Below are positions 12,401 to 24,217 of a DNA stretch of 64,000 nucleotides, in pieces. The notes under the pieces were generated by a model, which did not search any database, was not told the origin of the DNA, and saw nothing but the letters and a program-made list of their open reading frames with translations. The stretch comes from Azolla caroliniana (lineage: Eukaryota; Plantae; Polypodiophyta), in contig JBHGNT010000022.1 in the NCBI GenBank assembly GCA_043228905.1, positions 7,440,001 to 7,504,000 of the forward strand, written 5' to 3'. Within the stretch, counting starts at the first letter, position 1, and each line of letters begins with the position of its first letter. The position numbers and the translations under genes are program-made.

Positions 12401-13362
12401 GCATGGAGTATTATTTCCCATCAAAACTACTCCTCCATCAATAGAATCGTATGATGAAAACTAGTCCTGATTGGGACACATATGATAAGAACAACCAGTA
12501 TCCATAATCCACTCATTATTCAGCTTGATTGACTTTTCCGTCATAAGGAGCACATCAACATCGCCTCCCATTTCAGCAACAATAGCTTTACCTACATCCT
12601 CATTTCTATCTTGTGGAGTATTCTTTTTCTCTGCAACTTATCACAATTCTTGAGAACGTGGCCTGGTTCCTTATAGTGCCAACACACAACAGATCTACTT
12701 CTGGATTTAGATCTAGATTTAGGCCTATCTCTATTGTTCCCTTTTTGTTTAGACCTACCCCTTACATATAAACCCTGTGCCTGACTATCACTAGTTTGTC
12801 CAATGATATCATGATCAATCTTTTCTTTAGTTTCCAAAGAAAATTTAACATCTTTTAGAGAAATAGTATTTTTCCCATACAACATAGTTTCTCTAAAATG
12901 TCTATATGAATGGGGTAATGAACACAACAACAACAATGCCTTATCTTCATCATCAATAGCAACATCGAGATTTTGCAAATCCATGATAATAGATTCAAAC
13001 TCATCAATATGAAAACTGAGAGATGTACCTTCACTCATCCGTAGTGAATACAAGCACTGTTTCTTATAAAGCTTGTTCGTCAGAGTTTTTTTCAGATAAA
13101 GAGACTCCAAATTTTCCCATAGTGCCTTCGTTGTCTTCTCAGAGATTACCTCCTGCAAAACTTCATTTGCCAAAGGCAGTTTGATCGCTGAGCGGGCCTT
13201 CTCGTCTATATCCTCCCACTTGGTGTCCGTCATATCGTTGGGCCTTACATCTAAAGCCTTCTGAACTCCGTTCTGCACAAGGATCTCGTGCATCCTTACT
13301 TGCCAAAGAGAGAAGTTGATTTTTCGATCGAACTTCTCGACATCAAATTTTATTGTCAACAT
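9412..13362 (-). pseudogene. copia Gag-Pol polyprotein broken by a few stops and frameshifts
   Basis: ORFs 12592-13362 (gag), 11834-12424 ([13 protein letters not shown]), 11474-11722 (PQQNGVAER), 9763-11493 (YVDDML), 9412-9759 ([11 protein letters not shown]). Confidence 0.93.
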
Positions 13363-13408
13363 CTTGACTTAACAAGAAAATACCAAAACTAATGTACTAA
13401 CAACCAGG

Positions 13409-13420
13409 GCTCTGATACCA
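13409..13420 (-). promoter_or_regulatory. primer-binding site for tRNA-iMet
   Basis: TGGTATCAGAGC 3 nt inside the 5' LTR. Confidence 0.95.
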
Positions 13421-13423
13421 ATT

Positions 13424-13961
13424 TGTTAGGATGACACTCGGATCATATAGTACATTAGATTAAATAGAAAACAATAATATGAAAATATAGGAGCGGAGAA
13501 ATAAATGACACGAGTATTTACGTGGTTCGACTAAATTAGCCTACATCCACGGAAAGGAGAGTGATTCCACTATAAGAAAATGTAATAGAGAGTTTACAAC
13601 AATTAGAGAAATTATTCACTAATTAAAGCCAACACCCAAGAGAATAACCTCACAATTTTCTCATAAGAATTCTCTGAAATGGTGTTTCCCAACTCTCTAA
13701 TTCTCTCAAATCTCACAAGCCTACAACTCTTGGTGGTCCTCTTTTTCAAATGACTAAGGCTGCCTTTATATATATATATATAGCCCTCACTTCATTAACT
13801 TTTGCATGATAATGATGCATGCATGGGCCTTTATATATATAGCCCTCACTTCACTAACTTTTGCATGATAATGATGCAAGCATGGGCCTTTATATATATT
13901 TCATGCAGATGAGAGACGTGGCTTTTCATAAACCACAAAAATTAATTCAAGTCATTTAACA
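13424..13961 (-). repeat. 5' LTR of Tork-like copia
   Basis: Direct repeat of 8821-9355. Confidence 0.95.
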
Positions 13962-13966
13962 TATTA

Positions 13967-14790
13967 CGTAAGGTTTTGTTCGTTGGCTTAGCTAAACCAT
14001 TTGCCTGTGGGTTGTAAGGGGTGTTTTTCTTCTGTATTATGGTGTACTAATAAGCTCAATTGAGCTTCTGAATCGACACCATATGTTTTCATATAAGAAC
14101 TTGGTCATCGATGGCACCATATTGTCACGTAAGGCCTTTGCTTCCACCCATTTCGTGCAGTAGTTAGTGGCGACAAGGATATACCTGTTGCTAGGTTGTG
14201 CCACAACTGGTGTCAAAGGTTCGACAAAATTGAGATCCCATTTCTGAAATGGCTCTAAGGGCATTACCGGCTGATGTGGCATGCGAACTTGTTTGGATAG
14301 CCGGCCCATTCTCTGGCATAGGTCGCCTTCCCGACAATACTTCATTGCGTTCTTTTGGGTTGTTGGCCACCAGAGATTGCTTTGCAATACCTTCTGGGAT
14401 GTCGTCTCCCCTCTTGCAATATTGTTGGCTTTTCGTCGCTTCGGACACATCTCCTCCAGATGTCGTCTACTCCTTTATGATAAAGAATGTCTTTGAGCAA
14501 GCAAAAATTTCGGTTTCTTATTGCCAACCGTTTCTTCTCGTCTAATCGCATCTGTGCCATTGGCAACCCCGTGGTGAGAAACCATAACATATCCAACAGT
14601 CATTTATCCTCTTATGTTGCCTTTTGTTTGTATTAACCGCTATAATTCGTACTACGTGTCCATCCGGAAAATCGTCTTTGACTCCATCGCTTGCTTCACC
14701 TGATTTGAGTCGACTTAAGTAGTCCGCAACTACATGTTGTGCTCCAGGTCTATGTTGAATGTTGAATTCGAACACCTGGCTAATAACATC
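13967..14790 (-). pseudogene. gypsy RNase H end and integrase N-terminal/core fragment
   Basis: HRPGAQHVVADYLSRL, LWWPT..CQRMG, PFQKW, YCTKWVEAKAL motifs. Confidence 0.85.
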
Positions 14791-14914
14791 TATTATAGGT
14801 TTTAGGGTTAGGGTTAATGATAATGAAGATGGAAATGGTGATAAAGATAGGAATGGCGTTAGCGATGATGATGCTAGTGATGATGAACGATGTGATGGCG
14901 AGATTGATAAACAT

Positions 14915-15247
14915 TGTGGGGTGGGGGTGGTGCCTAGAATGGCTCCACCCCCCCTCCCAAGGGGGTTCAACGTGAGAGAGAGAGAGAGAGAGAGAGAGAT
15001 GACAAGGGAGAGAAGTTGAGAGAGAGAACTTATTCCTTCATTCATTCATTCCCCATAAGGGGGTTAAATAGTTACAAAAGGGTAGATACATAGGGGTGGA
15101 AGCCCCCTTGGCGATTCACATCAATCACTCACTGACACCTCTTCTTATCTGTCCACATGCACACACGTGTGCATGTGTTCACATACATATCTACTCACAC
15201 TCACAATTACACTTGTGCAGATTTACACATACACATAAACCCGTAAA
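14915..15247 (-). repeat. LTR related to the solo LTR at 47199-47543
   Basis: GGGGTGGGGG..GCCTAGAATGGCT.CACCCC..AAGGGGGTT matches the reverse complement of ~47480-47540. Confidence 0.65.
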
Positions 15248-15491
15248 GATTTCGGGCTCTTGTTCGGTCTTCACCTTCATCGTGAAGGAATAATGATGGG
15301 CCATATACTCATTGTAGCCGAATCGAGTGAATGAGTTATTCTCTTGTGATGAGTGTCAAAGATTTTTGTTTGCTGACATGAGTGCCTTCTTTACTGTCGG
15401 TGGCCACATAATGGGCACACCAATCTCATTGTCTAGTGAGTGAGCCGACACATTTGAATCACTTTTGTCGGGGTGGTCAACTTCATACTCA
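15248..15491 (-). pseudogene. fragment of a family A-like copia (INT-RT linker)
   Basis: RFGYNEYMAHHYSF matches RYGYNEYMAHHYAY at 20176-20586. Confidence 0.7.
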
Positions 15492-15586
15492 TGTTGAGAG
15501 TGGAAGATCAGTTCTAAGTTTAGCAAACAACAAGCGTAGTGATTAAGATATATGCAAAATAACAAGATTCAAGAAGATAGTTGCAC

Positions 15587-15682
<96 letters not shown>

Positions 15683-16455
15683 CTCAAAGAAGACTATCTT
15701 GCTTTTTAACCTTCGAACTTTCTTTACAATGCTTAGTCTATCACTTATATAGTTAGGGTAACTTAACCCTATCTGTGAGGATATGTTCACACTAGGATAC
15801 AAGTGGGTAGAGTGAGACTTTTAGACCAACAAACTCCATCGTAAAAGGACTACTTTATCTATATACCGTGATATAGGGTTATCACCCCTATAAACCTAGA
15901 TTACACTTTTTAATTTGAAGTTATAATTTTGTGTAATTATAAGTCAGTCGACATATGGCCGAATCGACAAAGGTAAAGTCGGGATCTAGCCTAATTCGGC
16001 TAGTTATCCGGATCGTATGTCATCCGGGTCTCGGCTTGTCCGAGTTGGTCGGATCGACTGGTTCGAATCATCTTGTGTCTGAATTGGCTTGTTTGTCTAA
16101 TTCTGACTCTCGGTCTCTAGTCGATCGTCTGCTCTCTATATACGCTTGTTCTTGTGCTCCTCACTAGCCCTTTGATTTGCCTGCGGGTTCATTTGTCCGT
16201 GCTCCTCGCCGGCCCTTCGATTTTCCAGCAGGTTCATTTGTCCCTCGATCATTTCCTTTCCAGTGGGTGTCCTCACTCAATGTTGTATCTTCAGCCTCTT
16301 GGCATTCCGATTCTTTTGACTTTGCCTTTTCGGCTCGTTTGATCGGGCTGGTCTTCGACTTTCCTTCAGCTACTATTTGTTCGGCTCTCTTGTGCTTGGT
16401 CTCTTGTCGTAGTCCCATTTGTAGAGAATCCGACCCGGCCACAAGCAGTTCTCAC
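15492..16455 (-). mobile_element. 3' end of a family B-like copia: RNase H tail, 3' UTR and 3' LTR (15492-15831) with long (GA)n
   Basis: QMGLRQE..AEGKS matches KMGLRQV..AEGKS at 51440-51640; 3' UTR and LTR align with 51720-52119. Confidence 0.8.
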
Positions 16456-16457
16456 TA

Positions 16458-18150
16458 ATGCGTATCCAGGTGCAACAATTTGGAGTGGCAGAAAAAAAAT
16501 GAAAACAAAAGATAAGAGTACAGGGACAAGTATTTTACGTGGAAACCCTAATAGGTAAAAAAACCACAGGAGTCCACAAACTCCAAACACTGTTGCTATG
16601 GTAGGAGGAAATACACAGGAGACTTTAAGGCAACAACCTTAAGCTCCTCTTCTTCTTGCGGTTGCTGCATGTAAATCTCCTCTTCGAGGTCACCGTGAAG
16701 GCATGTCGTCTTCACGTCCAACTGCTCTACCTCGAGGTCCATGCTTGCCGCTATACTCAGCACCGTCTAGATGGAGGTCATCTTTACTACTGGGGCAAAT
16801 ATCTCGTCGAAGTCCACGCCCTTCTTCTGTTGGAACTCCTTCACCACGATCCTGGCTTTGTATCTGGGGGGGTTGCTGGCATCTCCCGGTTTCAACTTGT
16901 ACACCCACTTGTTTCGGAGTGCCCTCTTTCCTTTCGGCAACTCCACCAATTCATACATATGGTTCTCATGCAGGAAATCCATCTCATCCTGCATGGCAGT
17001 TAACCATTTTCGGTTGTGGGTGTCATCCTTCGCTTCTTCGAAACTTTCTGGCTCCCCCTCATCAGTTAGCAGCACATGCTCTGCATTCGGAAATCTCCGG
17101 GGGGCCCTTCTTTTTCTGAGAGGATATCTCCGTCTTTGGGCTTCGGTAACCGGCTCCTCCATTTGCTCTTCATCCGAATCTGATTCGGGGTCTTGGCCGG
17201 TTCCGGTTTCAGCTTCCTCTACTTCTTCTTCTGCCGGTTCGGTATCCTCATTGTAACCGGCTGGTTCCTCGAGTGCTAACCGGTCTCTTGCCGGTTGGGT
17301 CTGCTCATCGTAGAATCGATCCTTACCGGTCGACTCGAAGTTCATTATCTTCTTCTCCGACTCCCAGTCGGCGAGCGTCTTGCCCTCCATGAAGATAATA
17401 TCTCGACTCCGGAATACCTTCTTGTCGACCAGGTCCCACACTCGGTAGCCGAACTCATCGTTGTCGTAACCGAGGAATATGCATGGCCGGGTCTTCGGAT
17501 CTAGTTTTCCTCTCCAGTCCTTAGCTACATGCACATACGCAAGACACCCGAATACCTTCAAATGCCGGTAGGACACTTCCTTACCAATCTAGACTCTCTG
17601 TGGCGTGTCTCCGTCCAAGGGTACTGAGGGTGATCTGTTTATCACAGAAAAACGGGTAATGTACGCACGACATAGTAAAGAGAAGAGAGTGCACTAGATG
17701 TTAACGTGGAAAACCCAAACTAGGGAAAAAACCACGACAACCCACAGACTGCAAACTATCACTATATCACAATGTACAATAGTAAAGCACTGAGGCAACA
17801 ACCTCGAGCTTGCTATATTCGCCACAGGCGGCGGTTACAATAGAGCCAATGACCTCTTCCTCTCTCTCTCTCTTTCTCTCTGTACACAGTTACGTACAGA
17901 ATTATCGCAACAACGATAATCACACAACTAACTCTATCAACGTTATTAAGTTTGCCCTAGGTCATATTTATACTAATATGACTTTCGGGCTATTTACAAA
18001 TATAGCCCTAGTGGGCTCTCTGGAACATATTTACATATATGTCCCTTCCATCCGGCGAGAGGTTCTCACCGGGCCTGCAACATCCAATTCTCACCGGGTC
18101 TTCCATTGCCAAGTACTCCTATCCCATCCGGAGGGATCTGTTTCCTAACA
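16458..18150 (-). mobile_element. rearranged Tork-like copia remnant: LTR-like blocks (~16458-16650, ~17645-18150) around an INT C-terminal/RT N-terminal segment
   Basis: ORF 16767-17576 (LKVFGCLAYVHV, YKARIVVK, FAPVVKM); both flanks carry ACGTGGAAA..AAAAACCAC LTR motifs; ends CCTAACA at 18150. Confidence 0.75.
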
Positions 18151-18161
18151 GAGCTTGCTGC

Positions 18162-21100
18162 TCAACACTCCCCCTCAAGCTCAATTTGAGGTCGGATCGT
18201 AGTGTCAGTCTCTATGGCAGCTGGTCCTTCCACCTGACTCCTTCTAGCGTCACCCCGCCTCGCTCGCGCTCCTCGTCTGGTCCGGTCCCATTTGCCGCGA
18301 CCCTTTTGTTCCTGCGCACCTTGACTTCCTTGGTCGGCTTGTCTACTCAACATGCCCAATTCAGCTCCCTCGTTGTTGTGACTTTGGTTTTTGCTGATTT
18401 GCCGATCCCTTCGTGTTGGCGTCGACTTTTGCTGCCTTCTCGTCCTCTTGGCCTTGAATTGATCCGGTTCTTCCGAATCCTTCTGTAGAACCAAATCAGT
18501 TGTCTGCGATTCGTTCCAGCTCTTGTCCGAATCGGTTGCTCCCGATTTTTCTTCTAGTTCTAGGCCCTTCACCACATCAGACCATGTCCGGGTCTTGGCC
18601 TTCTTCTTCCGGTCGGCTCTGTCCTTCTTGACTCTGTCGCTATCGGTTCTTCCCCCACCAGCACAATTGGCAGTCTCTTTGCCTTTGCCCATTTCGGTGG
18701 TGTCTTTGCCCATTCTCCCCCTCAAGTGTGGCACGTCGAGATGTTGAACACCAAGCATTTTGGTGAAGTGCTGCAACTTGTCCGATCCGAGCAATTTGGT
18801 GAAGATGTCGGCAACTTGCCGATCTGTATGAACATACCGAAGTTTGACTTCACCGCTCAAGACACGCTCACGCACGAAGTGATAGTGCACTTCGATGTGC
18901 TTTGTGCGAGCATGGAAAACGGGGTTCTTGGCGAGTTGCATGCTGCTTATGTTGTCGCAGTAGATCAGGATCGGGGTCGGCACCACGATCCGCAGGTCTT
19001 GCAGCAGTCGCCGAAACCAAATGGCTTCACAGGCGGCAATGGTAACACGCCGATATTTAGCCTTAGTGCTCGACAGAGCCACTATTGCCTGCTTTTTGCT
19101 GCTCAACGCAACAGCCGCGCTACCAAGGGAAAACATATAGCCGAAAGTTGACTAGCACTTCGGTCATACCTCGCCGGTATAACAGTCCCCGGTCCTTCGT
19201 GCCGTTCACATACCGCAGTATTCGGTGCGCACATTGAAGATGCTCGACGATCGGCTGTTGCATGAATTGACTAATCACACCGACCGGATAATTGATGTCA
19301 AGTCAGGTGATGGTCAAATATATAAGGCTTCCGACAATTTGTCGGAACCGTTTCTCATCGCAGGTCGGTCTGTAGTTGAGACAGAGCTTATGTTTCCGGT
19401 CCAAGGGTGTAGAAATAGGGCGGCATTCCGTCGTGCCGAACTTGTACAACATATTCAACATATAGTGTCTTTGTGAGAGTAATATGCCATCAGGGGTTCG
19501 GATTACCTCGATCCCAAGGAAATAGTGAAGGTCCCCCAGGTCCTTCATCTCAAATGCGTCCGACAGCTGGGACTTGACTCAGTTGATTTCATCGAGTCCG
19601 AGTTCGGGTTCGGTGATGACTAGATCATCAACATACAACAAGATGCAAACTGGACCGTCCGGACCTTGTCAAATGAACAACGAAGAGTCAAACTTGGAGG
19701 CCGCAAATCCCAACTTACACAACTGGTGCGTAATCTTTGCATTCCAAGCTCGAGGGGTTTGCTTCAGGCCATAAAGTGACTTCTTCAGCCGGCATAAAAC
19801 CGACTTGTTCATCTCCAACTGAAAACCGGGAGGTTGGGTCATAAAGACCTCTTCTTCTAGATCGCCTTGAAGAAATGCATTCTTCACGTCCATCTGGTGA
19901 AGATGCCACTCCCTTGCCGCAGCAACCGCCAACACCACACAAACCGTCGTCATCTTCGCTATTGGAGCGAAGGTCTCGTCATAGTCGATTCCGTGGGTTT
20001 GCACATATCCCTTCGCCACTAACCGGGCCTTGTACCGGTTAACTGAACCATCGGCGTTGTACTTTACCTTGTACACCCACTTGCATCCAATTAGTTTATT
20101 GTGACGGGGAGGGTCAACCAGGTCACTTGTATCGTTGGCAGCAAGTGCCCGCATCTCTTCTTCCATAGGGGCACGTCAATGTGCGTCATTTGCCGCTTCT
20201 GCGTAGCTCTCCGGCTCACACACTTCCGCCACCCTGGTCATGTACGCATAGTGATGCGCCATGTACTCATTGTACCCGTACCGCTTAACAGGTTTCTTCT
20301 GGCGGGTTGACCGGCGTAACCCACCGTTACCCGGTTTGAGGCCCTTCTTGGCCGGTTCGGTCTTCGGTGCCGAAGAACCGTCATTGTCCTTTCCGGAGTC
20401 GGGTCCGCTCTTATCCGACTCATTATTACCGGTTTCATAATCCGACATCTTCTTCTTCCCCTTCACTTTCCGCATGAGCCATCTCCTCGGTTCCTTGCGC
20501 GGGGAGAGCACGACAGAGTCTTCACTACTCACTGGTTCCTCTTCTAACTGTTCTGATTGATCCAGTCTCTCGTTCGGCCCACTCAACCGAAACGATTCTG
20601 GACTCTCTTCTTGAGTCCTGGATTCATCATCTTCTAACTGAACCGGTTGAGGCTCACTAGCCTCATCCTCCGGTATCGGGTCGGGGTCGGAAGTCGGAGC
20701 CGGTAAGGCATACCATGATGTCGTCTCATCAAACTCAACATCGTGGTTAACTCGGACCTAAACCCTAAACCTGCGCCCGAAATACAGCTCATGCGCGAAC
20801 ACCTTGTCACCGATCCGGTTTTGGATGTAGACGGTCGTCCGAACCGCCTCCGCCCAGTAGAAATGGGGCATGCTCTTCTCTTCCAGCATTACCATTGCCG
20901 CATCGACAAGCGACCGGTTCTTCCTTTCGGCCACACCGTTTTGCTCCGGTGTGTATCTACAGCTGAACTCTCTCTGAATTCTTGTTTACTGCAGATAACT
21001 GTTGAATTGGCCGGCAAAATATTCTTTTCCGCCATTTGACCACAGGCACTTGATCTCCCTCTCCAATTCCGATTCCACCATGCTTTGGAGGTTCCGGAAA

Positions 21101-22803
21101 CAGTCGAAGACTTCGCTCTTCTGCTCAATGACATAGATCCATGTGTGCCGTCTATAGTCGTCGATGAAGGAGACGAAGTATCGACTCTCGCCAAGACTCA
21201 CGTTCTGTGCCGGTCCCCATACATCCGAATGAATAAGGTCGAGCTTGTTACAACTACGGTTTCATTCAGTGGGGAATGGAAGCCGGTGTTGCTTCCTGAG
21301 TTGGTAGGCTTCACATACTTGGACCTTTCGGCCACTGAACTTCAGCAAACCGAAAACAACTGGTTTCGTTTGCAGGTCTTGAAGCCTCTAGTAATTGACG
21401 TGGCCGATCCTCTTGTGCTAGAGATCGATGTCCGATTTAATCTTCTATCCTTTGGCGAACAAAGTGGTGTCGACGTCATTGGTGTCGAGGATGAACATCC
21501 TCCCGTCTCTGCGCCCTTGCGCAATAACCTGGCCCTCCTCGATGAAGCACCCGAGGTACGTAAACCGCACCAGCATTCCCTAGTCGACGATCTGTCCGAC
21601 CGACACCAGGTTCTTCATGATAGTCGGAACATGTAATACGTTCATCAGCTTCCCCCTCTGTCTGACGTGGCTGAAGGGAACTTCTCCGACATGCATGATT
21701 GGGTGAGGAGTGTCGTCTCCGGTTTCGACAACTCTCGGTTGTTCCGGTTTCTCCAGGAAGGAGAACCACTCTTTCTGGTTCGTCATGTGATTTGACGCAC
21801 CGGAATCAACGTACCACACTTCCTCCGATTTGGAAGTGGTCTTCTTCATCGAGTTAGCCTCGTGTTTCATCACCAAGGCTGGCCCTTTACCGGCTTTGGA
21901 TCCTCCTGATCCTTCTGCATAGTGTGAGTATTGCCGGTTCTCTCGGCCAGATCCGCATTTGTCCGAATTGGCGCGCTTTTTCCAGCACTCGCTTTCTCTG
22001 TGGCCCTTTTTGCCATAGTACCAACATTCTCTGGTGGATTTGTCTTGCCGACCTCCGGTGCCACCTTGACTCCCCTTGGTTGTGGAGGTCCCGGAACTGT
22101 TGTCGGCACGGTTTCTATGTCGTCGGTCTTGCTCTTGCCGGCCACCTCCATTGCATGCCGACCCGCCTCGTCCACGACGCCCACAGGGCCGATCCGCCTC
22201 CATGTACAGCATCCGGTTGTCGATGGGTGCACTTGTTGACGCACCGGCGTGGTTATCCTCTACAAGGAGCATCGACTGTAAGTCGAAAAATGACGGTGTA
22301 TTCTCCCTCGTACACATTGCTGTCCGGAAAGCTCAGAACTTAGACGCCAGGCCCCCAAGGCAGACCTGTACCATCTCGTCTTCCTCTATAGTGACGTTGA
22401 TAGAGGCAAGCGAGTCACAGATCTCTTTGATTCGGGCCGTGTAATCAGCCACGAACATGTCCTTCTATTGGACATTGCTCAGCTCCTGTCGGAGTTGCAG
22501 CTTCCGGGCTGTAGTGCTTGCGGCGAACACCTTCTTCAGGTTTCCCCAAGCCTCTTTCGGCGTCTTGGCATCTCGGATGTGGCTCAGCAGCTGCTCTCTG
22601 ACACTGGACGCAAAGCAGTACATCACTCTGCTTGCCGATTGTTCCCACACCAAGAAGTCCTTGTGTGCCACATCAAGTGTTGTGTCGTTAGCTCCGTCGA
22701 CATAGCTCCAGTAACCATGCCCAAGCAGGTACTAGTGCATCTTGTATGACCAAGATGCGTAGTTGGATCTATCGAGCTTCTCCACCAGGAGCGAGCTAGC
22801 CAT
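18162..22803 (-). pseudogene. family A Gag-Pol with stops, frameshifts and deletions
   Basis: EKLDRSNY, degenerate zinc knuckle, WYVDSGASNH protease, integrase, RT ([21 protein letters not shown]), RNase H (RTKHIEVHYHF). Confidence 0.9.
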
Positions 22804-22910
22804 TCCTCTATCCATTTGTTTTTTTTTTCGTTCTTTACAAAGGTTAGGTTTTCTTCTTGCGAAAGCGAATGTCGGCTGCAAAGGTTCTCAACCCTCACGC
22901 TCTGATACCA

Positions 22911-23281
22911 TGTAGAAACAAATATTGTGCGGAAGCAATAGAAAACAGAAAGCAGAAAACAGGTTTAATGGAGAGCTTAACAGTACGGGGGAGAGACAGA
23001 GAGAGAGAGCACACAGAAACTCAATTCAAACCATATTACTCAGTCTGTACATCGTATGTGTTCAGTGAACACTTTTATACAAGTCCATCCGGACTGACAG
23101 AAGTACGGTGCACTTCAATGCTCACACGAGCGTCTGACACTAACTACGAGATATTAAATCCCTAGTAGACTAGCTGCTATTTGGCTTCCGGTTACTGCTT
23201 GATCCAACTAACCGGCTCCCCAGCTCACCGGCTCATCCTTCTGGATGCCGATCCGGATCTGGTTGAGCTTGCTGCTCAACA
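22911..23281 (-). repeat. 5' LTR of family A copia
   Basis: TG...CA ends, adjacent PBS, homologous to 45226-45619. Confidence 0.9.
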
Positions 23282-23512
23282 ATGATCAACTTGCTGATCA
23301 CTTAGATGCACACTTCCTTTAAGATTTTGTCTTTCCATAATTAACTTTATTCTAGTTTTCGACATTCTAGTGTTCTATGAGTCTCACCAACCATACTTTC
23401 TTGCCATTTGATTTGTTGTGATATTTATTGGATTTCCCACAAATATTGATTGTTTTTTTGTATTTTTGGTCAACAACACCTTGTATTGGTTGTTCGGATC
23501 AATCCATAGATT

Positions 23513-23700
23513 GCTCTAATACCATCTGAGGATTAGACAAGAGAGAGAGGGGGGGGGAGGGGAGAGTACGGCTATGCAATTTTTGTATTGATTGTTCCTT
23601 TGTTACATTTTATTTGTTATAGTTTATTGACAGTTAAACAAACATGTACCTCTTCATGTAAAGGGTATGAAGGGTTACATTATTTTCCTCAGAGTAAAAT
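23513..23700 (-). mobile_element. PBS plus LTR remnant of another copia
   Basis: GCTCTAATACCA (iMet PBS, one mismatch) followed by TGAGG and (GA)n; right end uncertain. Confidence 0.45.
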
Positions 23701-24217
23701 ATTAAACTAAGATAATGCTACAATGTTTCCTACCTTAAAACAATTCTAACAAGGCAGATTTCATGTAAGAATTTAAATTTTCCATATGATGAAGGGTTCC
23801 ATGAGCATTGTTGATGCACTTAGACGCATTTGTGAAGTTAACATGCTTAGCTTCACTAAAATAACATATAATCTTTATGACCACCTTCACATAAGGTATC
23901 CTAATGACAATTATTTTGAAAAACATTAGACAAGAGCTTAAACTGGAACAGAAGTTACTACCGCGAAAAAAGGATCCTTCCATATTTCTAATGGTTTTCT
24001 CTGCTGTAATGGAAAGGTTTGTGTACTATTCCAGATTTCCTTGAGGTCAACAAGAGAATTCTTTTTAATTGGCAAGGTGCACCCTTTATGAGGAATCATA
24101 GAATCATTTTCATCTCTACTCATTTCATTGTAAATTTTCATCTCTACTCATTTAATCTCTACAAATTCCATAACCACACCTAGGGATTCCACTCTTCTTG
24201 ATTCCATTCGAGATAAT

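Larger units (their letters stand above)
8821..13961 (-). mobile_element. full-length Ty1/copia LTR retrotransposon (Tork/Tnt1-like)
   Basis: TG...CA LTRs at 8821-9355 and 13424-13961 (~14 substitutions plus small indels), TATTA TSD (8816-8820/13962-13966), tRNA-iMet PBS (13409-13420), PPT beside 9356, gag-PR-INT-RT-RH order. Confidence 0.97.
18151..23281 (-). mobile_element. family A Ty1/copia (Ale-like); 3' LTR cut to 17 bp by an insertion
   Basis: 5' LTR 22911-23281, tRNA-iMet PBS 22899-22910, PPT 18168-18179, LTR stub 18151-18167 identical to 23265-23281. Confidence 0.93.

Noticed and set aside
15552-15802. ORFs with poly-RE or poly-SL (also near 2000, 26100, 30060 and 46760)
   Set aside because: Translations of (GA)n or (TG)n microsatellites.
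18162-18720. env-like gene in family A copia
   Set aside because: The extension is hydrophilic, in frame with pol, and has no transmembrane segment.
23735-24141. short minus-strand ORFs as a host gene
   Set aside because: No recognisable domain or consistent splice structure.
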